Counted from the first letter of the stretch, positions 1 through 10,288 are shown. The stretch: DNA of 64,000 bases from Coleofasciculus chthonoplastes F2-STO-03 (GCA_040222015.1 JAVJWO010000193.1:81645-145644), one strand, 5' to 3'. Program-made: numbers and translations. Notes: generated from the sequence alone by a model not told the origin.

Positions 1-2
1 AT

Positions 3-164
3 AAGAATAAGGATGAATTTATTGTAGCTGTAGGCATGATCCACAACTCCGTCAGCTATCAGTTAGGATTACAAGGGCAACGCTTTGTTCAAAGCCATTA
101 TGTTTGGTCTCAGATAGATTCTGATTATTTAAGTATAATTCCTCAAAATGACTGCTCTAAATAA
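3..164 (+). CDS. C-terminal fragment of a probable GT4 glycosyltransferase (starts before the window)
   Basis: Open frame KNKDEF...LGLQGQRFVQSHYVWSQIDSDY...CSK*, resembling the GT4 C-terminal G..G..FV...Y.W helix; overlaps the next ATG. Confidence 0.55.
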   Translation, partial: KNKDEFIVAVGMIHNSVSYQLGLQGQRFVQSHYVWSQIDSDYLSIIPQNDCSK

Positions 165-1527
165 AATCAACAAATTATACCGCACGAAAGTCAAACCATT
201 TGCTGCCTTGATCATTGCCTTAATTGTATTTATTACATATTTTTACTATGCTTTGGTAAGCCATAGAACTCCCACAGGTGATGAGCCTCATTATGTATTA
301 GCAACTATCAGTCTAATCAAAGACCATGATCTCAATCTACTTAATAATTATATCGAGCAAGATTATCTAGATTTTGCTCAATATGCTACTTTAGACATGC
401 ATGCGCGAGAATATCAAAAAGGTATCTTATTTCCTGTACACAGCTATTGGTTTAGTTTATTGCTCCTCCCATTCTATCTAATTGCTGGACTGCCCGGTAT
501 ATACTTTTTTCTGGCTTCGCTTTTAGCGGTTAGCATATATCTAATCAATAAAATAATGTGTTTTCTATTAGCCCCAGACAAACAGTACTTGGCTTACGGA
601 AGTTCTTTAACCTTTGCCTTTATTGTACCTTTTGCCAGTTCTTCAATTACCATCTATCCCTCCGTCCCGGGTACAGTATTAGTTTTACTGAGCTTATATT
701 TTTATTGTAAATTTTTGAGGACAGACAAAACCGTTTATTTGGGGTATTCGCTATTAACCATAGCTACGATAGAATTTTTGCATCATACTTATTTAATTAT
801 TTCAGTCGCCTGGGTTATTTATCTAGTTTTAAATTATTATAATAGACTCAGTAAGCGTATTTTTTTTGCGGTTGCACTCGTATACCTCGTATGGATAGTG
901 ACTCCCTATTTTTGGGGAGGAGATATATTTGTAGGTTCCCAAAAGGGTAATTTTATTAATCTCCAAACATTCTTTAATCAATTTGCTTATCATAGTTTTA
1001 ACCTTGAAATTGGGCTAATTTCCAATTCCCCTGTCTATGCCTTACTCGTTATCATTCCGATAATTTTAATAGTTTTAAGTAAACGAGTCAACCTATTATC
1101 TATCAAAGCATTACAGCTATCCTATGTCTCTCTAGTCTGCTTTTATTCCTTTGTCTGCTTACATCAAATAACGCCAGGAGAGTCACCAATTGCCCGATAT
1201 TTTGTACCCGTGTTACCCCTAGTATTTATTAGCATAGTTTATGCTATTTCCCTGAGTTATTTTACGGAATTACTATTTTGTATTTTAGTAGCATATAGCT
1301 TTCTAATTGGTATCGTAATTTTTGATACTAGATGTAATGTATTATCTTGCCATAGTTGGATTGTAGAAAGATTACAAGAATGGACGGGGAGCAAACTACT
1401 CTTTCAAATTAGCTATTTTGATGACTATCAATTAGCTGGTATTTTTATTTTTAGTGGATTCCTCGCGACTCTAGTTGTGAATCAATTATTTTTGTCCGCT
1501 AAAAACTTTTTAAATTATCAGCAATAA
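148..1527 (+). CDS. multi-pass membrane protein, putative GT-C-fold (PMT/ArnT-like) glycosyltransferase
   Basis: About 11-12 hydrophobic segments; TGDEPHY acidic motif after TM1; adjacent to a polyprenol-P GT2. Confidence 0.6.
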   Translation: MTALNKINKLYRTKVKPFAALIIALIVFITYFYYALVSHRTPTGDEPHYVLATISLIKDHDLNLLNNYIEQDYLDFAQYATLDMHAREYQKGILFPVHSYWFSLLLLPFYLIAGLPGIYFFLASLLAVSIYLINKIMCFLLAPDKQYLAYGSSLTFAFIVPFASSSITIYPSVPGTVLVLLSLYFYCKFLRTDKTVYLGYSLLTIATIEFLHHTYLIISVAWVIYLVLNYYNRLSKRIFFAVALVYLVWIVTPYFWGGDIFVGSQKGNFINLQTFFNQFAYHSFNLEIGLISNSPVYALLVIIPIILIVLSKRVNLLSIKALQLSYVSLVCFYSFVCLHQITPGESPIARYFVPVLPLVFISIVYAISLSYFTELLFCILVAYSFLIGIVIFDTRCNVLSCHSWIVERLQEWTGSKLLFQISYFDDYQLAGIFIFSGFLATLVVNQLFLSAKNFLNYQQ

Positions 1528-1560
1528 TTTTCATCACCAGTACTACCAATAGAATTAAAC

Positions 1561-2253
1561 ATGAAACTATCAGTGATCATACCTTGCTATAACGAAGTAG
1601 GAACCATTGGTAAAGTTATTGAATCGGTAAAAGCATCTCCCGTGAGAGATATTGAAATTATTATAGTTGACGACTGTTCAAAAGACGGTACAAGAGAACT
1701 CCTACAATCAAAACTAGAAGCCCAGGTTGATCGTGTCATTTACCATCGAAAAAATCAAGGCAAAGGAGCCGCTTTACGCAGCGGATTTGCTGCGGCAACG
1801 GGAGATATTGTAATTGTTCAAGATGCTGATCTAGAATACGATCCTCACGAATATCCGATAATGATCAATCCTATCCTTAAGGATAAAGCCGATGTTGTTT
1901 TTGGCTCGCGCTTTCAAGGAGGTAGACCTCACCGAGTTGTGTATTATTGGCACATGGTAGGCAACAAGTTTTTAACCACCTTGTCAAATATGCTCACGAA
2001 TATCAATTTAACCGATATGGAAAGTTGCTATAAGGCATTTCGACGAGAGATTATTCAATCCATCAACATCAAAGAAAATCGATTTGGCTTTGAACCCGAA
2101 ATAACGGCAAAGGTGGCGAAAACGAATTGTCGTATTTACGAAGTTGGCATATCCTATTATGGTCGAACCTATAAGGAAGGTAAAAAAATAGGATGGAAAG
2201 ATGGGGTTATAGCCATTTATTGTATCCTGAAGTACAATGTTTTCAGAAATTGA
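1561..2253 (+). CDS. GT2 polyprenol-phosphate glycosyltransferase (DPM1/GtrB-like)
   Basis: [55 protein letters not shown] motifs. Confidence 0.9.
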   Translation: MKLSVIIPCYNEVGTIGKVIESVKASPVRDIEIIIVDDCSKDGTRELLQSKLEAQVDRVIYHRKNQGKGAALRSGFAAATGDIVIVQDADLEYDPHEYPIMINPILKDKADVVFGSRFQGGRPHRVVYYWHMVGNKFLTTLSNMLTNINLTDMESCYKAFRREIIQSINIKENRFGFEPEITAKVAKTNCRIYEVGISYYGRTYKEGKKIGWKDGVIAIYCILKYNVFRN

Positions 2254-2297
2254 AATTTTTCTAGTAATTTTTTATTGTGATTTTGGGTTACTGTATC

Positions 2298-4112
2298 ATG
2301 AATGTATTCAGGGAATTAAATAAATTTAACTATAAATTGAATGAAATTTCTCCAAAAGTAAAATGCATGATTATATTTTTTATTAGCTTGACAATTTATT
2401 TAATAAATGATCGGACAATTAGCTCAGGTGATACCGTCCCTAACTCACTGTTGGTATTTAATTTATTAGAAAATAAAACCTTAAACTTTGATGCATTTAG
2501 AACCAGCTATTTTGCCAACGGTGGTTCTTTACATTATTCTTTTGTAGAAGCACAGAATGGACATTTGACATCGGTTTACCCCATAGGTGCAGCAATTTTA
2601 ACGTCACCTATATACGTAATTTTTTATGGTTTTTTAAAGCTGTTTCATGTTTCCGTTGAATTAACGCAGTCAAGTTTTGAACCCTATAGATTGTTTTTTG
2701 AAAAGCTGGCAGCAACTTTAGTAACTGCCAGTTCTGTTGTGGTCTTTTACTTAGCCACTAAATTGAAATTTAGCGAAAAAATTGCAGTTATTTCAACTTT
2801 CATATTTGCTTTTGCTACAAATACATGGATGACGAGTTCTCAAGGTTTATGGCAACATGGATCATCTAACTTAGCCGTTATCGTAATTATATTCTGTTTG
2901 CTCAAAGTTAATCATACGACTGTTCAAAAAAAGAAATTTTCATTCTTAATTGTTGCGGGAATAATGGAGGGATTGTTGCCGATAATTCGTCCCACAAGTA
3001 CATTATTTTTAGTCGCAGCTTTAGCATACTCTGTGGTAATAAATCGATTCAATACTTTGTTTTTTTTGTTAGGAATGCTGTCAATATCGCCAGGTTTAAT
3101 GTGGAACAGTTACTACTTTAATAACTTAACAGGAGGATATTCCCAGGTTGGTCGATCTTGGTATTCATTTACTCTCGATACTTTTTTAGAATCTTCATTA
3201 GGTACTTTAATAAGCCCCAGTCGGGGTGTTTTAATATTTTCTCCAATCCTCATCTATTCTTTTATCGGAGCCTACAAACTATTTAAACATAGATTTAGGA
3301 AAGATGAGCAATTAATACTATGCATGACGACTGCCGTTATACTATTATTTTTGAATTATTGTTTTTATCTTGTGTGGTGGGCTGGACATAGTTATGGTCC
3401 AAGGTTCATGACCGATATTATGCCTGTTGCTTGCTATCTCATAAATTACTCTCTGATTGATGTCAGCCAAAAACCTGTTATTTATAAAAAGAGAATTTTT
3501 AGTTATTTTGTATTTTTATCACTGCTGATGTTTTCGTTATTTACTCAGATTGTAGGCGCATTTGGTCATAAAGGTTTTGATTGGAATGGTTATCCTCTCA
3601 ACATAGATACCTACAGATTCAGACTCTGGCAACTAAAAGATAATCAGATAGAAAGACACGCCAATGCATTATTCCACAGAATATTTGCTCCTCCTGTAAA
3701 GACTAACAAATATATCAATGGTTTGAGTGGAAGTATAGAAGCGATAGAATTTGCTAATCAAAAAACTACAAATAAAAATTTGATTCTGTCAGCAAAATCA
3801 AAAATTTTACTAAAAGCTAAAGTAAAAAATACAGGGTATTCTCAATGGTTTGGCTATCAGTCAGCGATTCGTAAAGGAGAAACCCGCGTCAGAGTTGTTT
3901 TCTACGATATCCAGAACAATTTAGTCAAAGAAAGCTACTTATATGTATCAGGTTTAGTCAGTCAAGGCGAGACAACCCAAGCAATTGGAACGGTTATTAT
4001 TCCTGAACAACCAGGAGTATACAACATGGTTTTGGAATTGGTTTCTGATCATAACGTCATGTTTCCAGAAAATCATGGAAATCCCTATAATTTACAGGTT
4101 GTGGTAAAATAA
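2298..4112 (+). CDS. multi-pass membrane protein, putative GT-C glycosyltransferase with C-terminal Ig-like domain
   Basis: Many TM segments, SGDT loop after TM1, WWAGHSYGPRF motif, beta-rich tail (VKNTG..W...PEQPGVYNMVLELV); ATG 2298 preferred to GTG 2277. Confidence 0.6.
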   Translation: MNVFRELNKFNYKLNEISPKVKCMIIFFISLTIYLINDRTISSGDTVPNSLLVFNLLENKTLNFDAFRTSYFANGGSLHYSFVEAQNGHLTSVYPIGAAILTSPIYVIFYGFLKLFHVSVELTQSSFEPYRLFFEKLAATLVTASSVVVFYLATKLKFSEKIAVISTFIFAFATNTWMTSSQGLWQHGSSNLAVIVIIFCLLKVNHTTVQKKKFSFLIVAGIMEGLLPIIRPTSTLFLVAALAYSVVINRFNTLFFLLGMLSISPGLMWNSYYFNNLTGGYSQVGRSWYSFTLDTFLESSLGTLISPSRGVLIFSPILIYSFIGAYKLFKHRFRKDEQLILCMTTAVILLFLNYCFYLVWWAGHSYGPRFMTDIMPVACYLINYSLIDVSQKPVIYKKRIFSYFVFLSLLMFSLFTQIVGAFGHKGFDWNGYPLNIDTYRFRLWQLKDNQIERHANALFHRIFAPPVKTNKYINGLSGSIEAIEFANQKTTNKNLILSAKSKILLKAKVKNTGYSQWFGYQSAIRKGETRVRVVFYDIQNNLVKESYLYVSGLVSQGETTQAIGTVIIPEQPGVYNMVLELVSDHNVMFPENHGNPYNLQVVVK

Positions 4113-4219
4113 TATCTTAAATTAGCAAACATCTATTAAATTAGATAAAATCGGGTTAAAGCAATGAAAATCAATACTACATTTTTTTGAACAACCCCCC
4201 AGTAAGTTGATGACTATTT

Positions 4220-5371
4220 ATGTATCACATTGGAATTGATGTTACTCCTCTATCCAGTAAACCCAGTGGGATCAGTTTTTACGTGGCCAACCTAATCCGT
4301 TATCTTTATCCTCTCCAATACCACAAAAATTTTCAACTTGCATTAATTTACCAACCTAGACTCAGAAACTGGCTACGCCGCTGCCGAGATTTTCCCAACT
4401 CACTTTCTAGCTATTCAAACCGCTATTTTCTGCCTTTACCCGTTAGAATTACTAACATTATTCTTGATTACTTTCCCGGCATTTTCTCAAGCCATCTCGG
4501 ACATGATCTGGACTATCCCACAATTGTACATGGGACGAACTATACCATTTTTCCTTATCCGAATACTCTAAAAGTCATGACGATTTATGACCTTACCTTT
4601 ATTAAATATCCTGATTATATTGATTCTGTGGTTAAGACCTATTCAAAGCGCGTACAAAAATGTTTAACTTGGACTGATTTAGTGATCACAATCTCCGAAA
4701 GCTCCAAAAATGATATTATAGAATATCTCAACGTTAATCCCAACCGCATCCACGTCACGCCCCTAGCCAGCCGCTACTCTTCTGATGACCTATTTATTCC
4801 ATCCAACCCATCCGTTAACTACGACTTCTCCCACCCCTATATTCTCTTTGTCAGCACCATCGAACCGAGAAAAAATGTCACCACCCTAATTTCGGCTTTT
4901 AACTATCTTAAACAAAAACATAAAATCGAGCATCATCTAATTATTATTGGTCAAAAAGGCTGGCATCACAAACCTATATTTGCCGCCATTGAAAACTCTC
5001 CCTGGACTCATCATATTCATCATCTGGACTACCTTTCAGATGAACTTGTCGCCCTTTTCTACTCTAAAGCTGATGTCTTTGTTTATCCCTCCCACTACGA
5101 AGGCTTTGGTCTTCCGGTTCTCGAAGCCATGACCCTGGGCGCACCTGTGGTTACCTCCAATACCTCCTCTCTTCCGGAAGTCGCTGGAGATGCAGCCCTT
5201 CTCATTGACCCTAATGACCCAATCCAATTAGCTGAGGCTATCTTAAAAATTATCAGTGACACCCAATTCCGCCAGGACTTAATTCAAAAGGGCAAAGCAA
5301 GAGCTAAACTATTCTCTTGGGAAAGAACGGCGAAAGAAACCCTAAACGCCTATAAATCTCTACTCAGTTAA
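4220..5371 (+). CDS. GT4 glycosyltransferase (WbpY/MtfB-like)
   Basis: TIEPRKN and [12 protein letters not shown] motifs. Confidence 0.9.
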   Translation: MYHIGIDVTPLSSKPSGISFYVANLIRYLYPLQYHKNFQLALIYQPRLRNWLRRCRDFPNSLSSYSNRYFLPLPVRITNIILDYFPGIFSSHLGHDLDYPTIVHGTNYTIFPYPNTLKVMTIYDLTFIKYPDYIDSVVKTYSKRVQKCLTWTDLVITISESSKNDIIEYLNVNPNRIHVTPLASRYSSDDLFIPSNPSVNYDFSHPYILFVSTIEPRKNVTTLISAFNYLKQKHKIEHHLIIIGQKGWHHKPIFAAIENSPWTHHIHHLDYLSDELVALFYSKADVFVYPSHYEGFGLPVLEAMTLGAPVVTSNTSSLPEVAGDAALLIDPNDPIQLAEAILKIISDTQFRQDLIQKGKARAKLFSWERTAKETLNAYKSLLS

Positions 5372-5397
5372 TAAATTCTTCAATCAATTATTCAACC

Positions 5398-6555
5398 TTG
5401 TCTTCTCCCCTATTAATCAACCTCTCCATCCTCTTTTCCCAACCCACTGGCATCGCCACGTATGCTGCCAACGTATTCCCCTACTTAAAACCCCTGAATC
5501 CCACTCTGCTCATTTCACCCGTCGCGTCAAACCACTTCCCCCTCGCCTCTAACTTTCACAGCTACCCTGTTCCCGCCAATCTCAGCCCCGCCCACGGAAC
5601 AAAAGGACACTTCCGTCGCCTGTTATGGACTCAACTCCAACTTCCCCGCCTCTACCAAAGCTTAAACTCTTCCCTCCTCTTTTCTCCCATCCCCGAAGCC
5701 CCCCTTAATAGCAAGTGTCGCTATGTGGTAATGGTTCATGACCTAATCCCACTACGCTTTCCCAAACCTAACTCTCCCCTCACCCCCTACTTCCGTTACT
5801 ATATCCCCCAAGTCCTCACCCAAGCCCAACACATTGTTTGTAACTCCACCGCCACCGCCAGAGACATTACCGACTATTACCCCATCCCCGCCACCAAAAT
5901 CACGCCCATTCCCCTAGCTTACGACGCCAACCACTTTCGCCCCCTCTGCGCCCCTCTGCGTCAACCTCTGCGCCCCTCTGCGTTTCAAAACAATCCCAAT
6001 GAAGCAACTCCAGCTAACGATAACCCCTACTTCCTCTACATTGGACGCCATGACCCCTATAAAAACCTACACCGACTGATCAACGCCTTTGCCACACTTC
6101 CCAACTGCGGCGACTATGAACTGTGGATCGCGGGGTCAAGTGACAAACGATACACCCCTAACCTTCAAGCCCAAGCCAACCACCTCGGTTTAAACCATCA
6201 GGTTAAATTCCTCAACTATGTTCCCTACAACCAACTGCCCATACTTCTAAATAACGCGATCGCACTTATCTTCCCCAGCCTCTGGGAAGGCTTTGGACTC
6301 CCGGTTCTAGAAGCCATGGCGTGTGGGACTCCCGTAATCACCTCCAACCTCTCCGCCCTCCCCGAAGTCGCAGGCGACGCGGCTATCCTAGTGAACCCCT
6401 ACAACACCCTGGAACTCACCGCCGCCATGCACTCTATCGCCACCGACAGCCAACTGCGATCGCGCCTTAGCACCCTCGGACTTCAACGTGCCCGTCAATT
6501 CAGGTGGGCAAAAACTGGACAGAAAACGATTGAAGTCCTGCAAAACTATCTTTAA
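5398..6555 (+). CDS. GT4 glycosyltransferase
   Basis: [20 protein letters not shown] motifs; TTG start. Confidence 0.88.
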   Translation: MSSPLLINLSILFSQPTGIATYAANVFPYLKPLNPTLLISPVASNHFPLASNFHSYPVPANLSPAHGTKGHFRRLLWTQLQLPRLYQSLNSSLLFSPIPEAPLNSKCRYVVMVHDLIPLRFPKPNSPLTPYFRYYIPQVLTQAQHIVCNSTATARDITDYYPIPATKITPIPLAYDANHFRPLCAPLRQPLRPSAFQNNPNEATPANDNPYFLYIGRHDPYKNLHRLINAFATLPNCGDYELWIAGSSDKRYTPNLQAQANHLGLNHQVKFLNYVPYNQLPILLNNAIALIFPSLWEGFGLPVLEAMACGTPVITSNLSALPEVAGDAAILVNPYNTLELTAAMHSIATDSQLRSRLSTLGLQRARQFRWAKTGQKTIEVLQNYL

Positions 6556-6578
6556 AAAAAAAGAGGGATTTACCCTCT
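6554..6578 (-). terminator. intrinsic terminator of rpsA
   Basis: Minus strand AGAGGG-taaat-CCCTCT followed by a T run, ~65 nt after the rpsA stop. Confidence 0.7.
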
Positions 6579-6643
6579 GTTCAAACCAAAAAAATTCTTG
6601 CCCAAAAAATTCTTGGATGTATAAACCTGTCCTGACGCCGGAA

Positions 6644-7615
6644 TTACTCTTCCGTCGCTGACACAAACTCTTCTTCTTCAATCCCCTCTTCTTGAGATTC
6701 AGGATTAACGCCTTCTTGTTGTGCCAGCATCTTCTCCCGATACTTCTGAGCCATTTCTTCTGCCTTATCGTAGACTTGATCCCGATTGTTGATCATATCT
6801 CCCGGTTCAGGTTCCAACTGCTTTGTTGACAGCGAAATCCGACCGCGTTCGGCATCCAAGTCAATGATCATCACTTTCAATTCATCATTGACATTAAACA
6901 CACTATGAGGCGTGTCAATATGATCATGAGAAATTTCCGAAATGTGGAGCAATCCGCTCACACCACCAATATCAATGAACGCACCGTAAGGCTTAATACC
7001 CCGTACTGAACCAACGACCACTTCACCAACTTCTAAACGGTTCATCTTGCGCTCAACCAAAGCGCGACGGTGAGAGAGAACCAAACGGTTTCGGTCTTCG
7101 TCTACCTCTAAGAATTTCAGTGGCAGTTCTTCGCCAACTAAATCTTCTTTCGGTTTGCGAGTGCTAATGTGGGAACCGGGAATAAAACCTCGTAGCCCTT
7201 CAATGCGAACCAGCGCCCCACCTCGGTTTGTGGCAAAAACCAAAGAACGAACGGTCGCGTCTTCAGTTTGAAGCTGGCGCACCCGCTCCCAAGCCCGCAT
7301 ATACTCAATACGCCGAATGGAAAGGGTGAGTTGTCCATCTTCATTCTCGTCAGTCAAAATGAAAAATTCTCGCGTTTCATTTGACTGCAAAACTTCTTCG
7401 GGAGCGTCAACCCGATTAATTGACATCTCCTGTATGGGAATATAAGCGGCGGTTTTAGCACCAATGTCAATCAGAGCGCCTCTTGGCTCCAGACTGAATA
7501 CTGTACCTGCGACAATATCACCAGGGCTAAAGTGATAATCATATTTGTCGAGGAGGGCGGCAAAATCGTCGTGAGTGAAGCCAATATCTATTGTATTTGT
7601 GTTCTGACTGAGCAT
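6644..7615 (-). CDS. rpsA: 30S ribosomal protein S1 (cyanobacterial 3-domain type)
   Basis: IGFTHDDFAALLDKYDYHF N-terminus and three S1 repeats; start placed at MLSQN (7615), not the longer ORF-track start. Confidence 0.95.
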   Translation of the reverse strand: MLSQNTNTIDIGFTHDDFAALLDKYDYHFSPGDIVAGTVFSLEPRGALIDIGAKTAAYIPIQEMSINRVDAPEEVLQSNETREFFILTDENEDGQLTLSIRRIEYMRAWERVRQLQTEDATVRSLVFATNRGGALVRIEGLRGFIPGSHISTRKPKEDLVGEELPLKFLEVDEDRNRLVLSHRRALVERKMNRLEVGEVVVGSVRGIKPYGAFIDIGGVSGLLHISEISHDHIDTPHSVFNVNDELKVMIIDLDAERGRISLSTKQLEPEPGDMINNRDQVYDKAEEMAQKYREKMLAQQEGVNPESQEEGIEEEEFVSATEE

Positions 7616-7747
7616 GTGCGTTGTGTTTCCTTGTTTAATCTCCGTAATGACTATGCCTCCTGTCGATGTACTCGCACGTCGGTATTGTGCCACCTACACC
7701 TACATTGCTTTGTCTCAACCTAACCTTATTTTAAAAGATTTAATAAA

Positions 7748-7783
7748 GTCCAGACAGGTAATTATAACTCAATCTGGATTACC
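7748..7783 (-). promoter_or_regulatory. putative pseudoknot in the rpsA leader (candidate cyano-S1 RNA motif)
   Basis: Minus strand GGTAATCCAGATTGAGTTATAATTACCTGTCTGGAC: GGUAAU/AUUACC and UCCAGA/UCUGGA interleave as an H-type pseudoknot upstream of rpsA. Confidence 0.45.
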
Positions 7784-9483
7784 GCTCATTCGTGTATGGA
7801 CAAAACTACCCAAAGCTAGATAATTTGACCATATCGCATCCTAGCGGCTAGATGCTATTGCCTGTTCAAAGTGCCTGACGGCTTGCCTCTGACTCGATCT
7901 GAGTTACAGACTCAATCAGAGGCTTGACCTTGAACTCCCAGTTAGAGACACTGTAGAAGTCATGGCGTGACATCCCAGTGAGGACTTTATTCAGTTGGTT
8001 GATCCCGCTCCATACGTGCTTACGCGGATTCACTCCGAGCAAGGCGGTTATGGAGCGGGGTAATCGTTCAGACAAATTCATGGCTCTACGTGCCAATACT
8101 AATGCGGCAGCTTCATCGCTCCCCATACCATACATTCGAGCATATTTCACCAAAGCTAAGAAGCTAGACCATGCTGGATTACGGCGAATGACTTCAATTC
8201 CTGCATTCCCACATTGCAACACTAATTGCTCTATAAATCGACTGTAGGCAAAGTTTGACAACATTCGAGAATACTTTTTACCACGCTCACGTAATTGTGT
8301 TTTTTTAGTGTTGAAGTCGAGATTCTCAAAGCAAATTGGCACTCCAAAGTACAAAGCCAGATTTACCAATGAATTGCAAACATCCGCAATAATGGCGATG
8401 GTTTGACCGCGCCGTTTAGAACTGACATCAAACGATAAACGTCCTTTAGTAACCAAATTCCCGTCATGATCTACCGCAGCATAGCCAATAGATTTTGGAT
8501 TGATGTCAATCCCAATACAACCATATTGCCGAGGTTTGGTGACTCGCTTCGGTACACTCAGGTCAACTGTGACTGCCCAAAACCAGCGCAAATCCTTGGC
8601 GTAGAATCGGTGCGTCATTGCCACGCCGTAGCGGATTGGCGTTTGATATCCGGTCTTCTTATTCGTAGTGAATCCAGGCGTTGACAATGCTTGTTCTAGT
8701 TTGTTCTGACCATAAGGAAACGGATCAACCGAACATTCTAATATCTCACCATACTTTGTTTTTAGGCATTCTGGAACACGGAGCTTGAGGGTAGCACCAT
8801 CGAATTGAAAAACCTGATTACCACAGGTTTCACCTTTGGAACCGAGAAAGAGGCAGTCAGGTTGTTTACTGATAGTGACTTGAATCGGAGCTGTTTTTAA
8901 TGCTGATATTTGACTTTCTAGGTGCGTGATGTATCGCTTTTTGTGATGAATAGCAAATCGCTTACTTTGCCATGAGGTTCTGTGCGTATCAAGGTAACAG
9001 AACAGTTTTAGATTTGTCGATTGTTTTTTGTTTTGCCACTTGCCAGAGTAATGCTTACGAGAGTCTTTTAACGACTTTTCAGCCCTGCGTAACCAGTCTT
9101 TAGCCGATTTGAGCTTGCCTTCGAGTTGCTTAATGTGGTTGACATGGCATTTCTTAGCAGAGTCAATTTTCCCATCTGCATCTGCAATCACCGCGCCGGC
9201 TTGACGCTTGTTGATTTTGAAAGTCTGTTGAATTAGTGTGTTTAGCTTTGATTTGTTGCTGAAACCTTTAAGACGCTGATTGACAGTGAAGATCAAGGCA
9301 AACCGATAAACCTCGCTGTAATCAGCTATGAAATTTTGCACAATGACAGGCAATTGATCGGTTGCGTAAGTCTTCATAACCATTCATTTTCTTGAGATAA
9401 ATCATCCATAATGCTACCAAGTTAATGACTTACCTCAATATATAGACGTTCCGGGAGTTTTGTCTAGTTCTGGGTAGAAATTA
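7782..9483 (-). mobile_element. non-autonomous IS607/IS200-IS605-superfamily element carrying only a TnpB-related gene
   Basis: Interrupts nrdR-rpsA; ATTACCG at both ends (7778-7784, 9480-9486); subterminal inverted repeat 7806-7823 vs 9460-9477 (15/18); no tnpA. Confidence 0.65.
7866..9383 (-). CDS. tnpB: TnpB-related RuvC nuclease (zinc-finger-less, 505 aa)
   Basis: RuvC-I CIGIDINP, RuvC-II ICFENLDF, NPAWSS...KY, RuvC-III GSDEAAALVLARR; Lys/Arg-rich helical N-half. Confidence 0.8.
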   Translation of the reverse strand: MVMKTYATDQLPVIVQNFIADYSEVYRFALIFTVNQRLKGFSNKSKLNTLIQQTFKINKRQAGAVIADADGKIDSAKKCHVNHIKQLEGKLKSAKDWLRRAEKSLKDSRKHYSGKWQNKKQSTNLKLFCYLDTHRTSWQSKRFAIHHKKRYITHLESQISALKTAPIQVTISKQPDCLFLGSKGETCGNQVFQFDGATLKLRVPECLKTKYGEILECSVDPFPYGQNKLEQALSTPGFTTNKKTGYQTPIRYGVAMTHRFYAKDLRWFWAVTVDLSVPKRVTKPRQYGCIGIDINPKSIGYAAVDHDGNLVTKGRLSFDVSSKRRGQTIAIIADVCNSLVNLALYFGVPICFENLDFNTKKTQLRERGKKYSRMLSNFAYSRFIEQLVLQCGNAGIEVIRRNPAWSSFLALVKYARMYGMGSDEAAALVLARRAMNLSERLPRSITALLGVNPRKHVWSGINQLNKVLTGMSRHDFYSVSNWEFKVKPLIESVTQIESEASRQAL

Positions 9484-9596
9484 CCGAACAGCTTCTAACC
9501 CCTGTTGAGATCGAGAATTACACAAAACTTTATAAAGATAGATTATCCTAAATCGCGAACTGATCAAACTGCTGTCTGCTAAGGATTGGGCGTCCC

Positions 9597-10169
9597 TTAC
9601 TGTAAAACCTGTTGCTCCTCTGAGGTGGGAATAACCAGGGAGGCTGATGTCTCCGAATCATCAGACTCGTTGGGGATAGCGGGTGGTATAGGCGACATCC
9701 CTGGCTTGTCTAGTTCAGCATTATTTCTGAGATGCTCTAGGGTTTCGATAAAATCGCGAATGCCCTGAAACTTCCGATAAACTGAGGCAAACCGGACATA
9801 CGCTACTTCACTCTCGTGTCGTAGGTAGCGCAGGACTAACTCACCCACTTCATCACTGGTGACATCCCGCCCATAGTGCTGCTGAACTTCAGCTTCAATC
9901 TCATCGACTATCGCTTCTAGGCGTCGTTGGGAAACTCCTGTTTTCTCACAAGCTCGCACCATTCCCCGTAATAACTTAGAACGGTCGAAAGATTCTCGCT
10001 TACCATCCCGCTTCAGAACAGTAATCGGCACAAATTCAATCCGCTCATAAGTCGTGAAGCGATGTTTACAAAGCAAACACTCCCGACGACGCCGAACACT
10101 TTGTCCTGCTTCTGTTGAACGAGACTCCAAAACGCGGCTGTCGGTGTGCTGACAATAGGGGCATCGCAT
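9597..10169 (-). CDS. nrdR: transcriptional repressor NrdR
   Basis: [14 protein letters not shown], RRRRECxxC, ATP-cone, [12 protein letters not shown]. Confidence 0.97.
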   Translation of the reverse strand: MRCPYCQHTDSRVLESRSTEAGQSVRRRRECLLCKHRFTTYERIEFVPITVLKRDGKRESFDRSKLLRGMVRACEKTGVSQRRLEAIVDEIEAEVQQHYGRDVTSDEVGELVLRYLRHESEVAYVRFASVYRKFQGIRDFIETLEHLRNNAELDKPGMSPIPPAIPNESDDSETSASLVIPTSEEQQVLQ

Positions 10170-10207
10170 AATAGCAAGTCTTTTCCGACTGGTTAAATAC
10201 AGAAAAT

Positions 10208-10288
10208 TGAGCCGATACGAGTCTATCTAATGTCCTCCTGCTCAAATCCCTGTCGGCAAAAGTAATCAGATAGACTCATGTAGGCTCA
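10208..10288 (-). promoter_or_regulatory. long stem-loop upstream of nrdR
   Basis: TGAGCC..TAC.GAGTCTATCT pairs with AGATAGACTC..GTA.GGCTCA. Confidence 0.4.

Noticed and set aside
7616..7693. N-terminal extensions in the ORF track (rpsA; also 29237, 44444, 52935, 58543, 62236)
   Set aside because: Family homology starts at downstream ATGs; the extensions run through repeats, neighbouring genes or leaders
7700..9596. RuvC ORF as a Cas12/type V effector or an IStron
   Set aside because: No repeat-spacer array on either side, and only ~100 bp between the left end and the ORF, too short for a group I intron core
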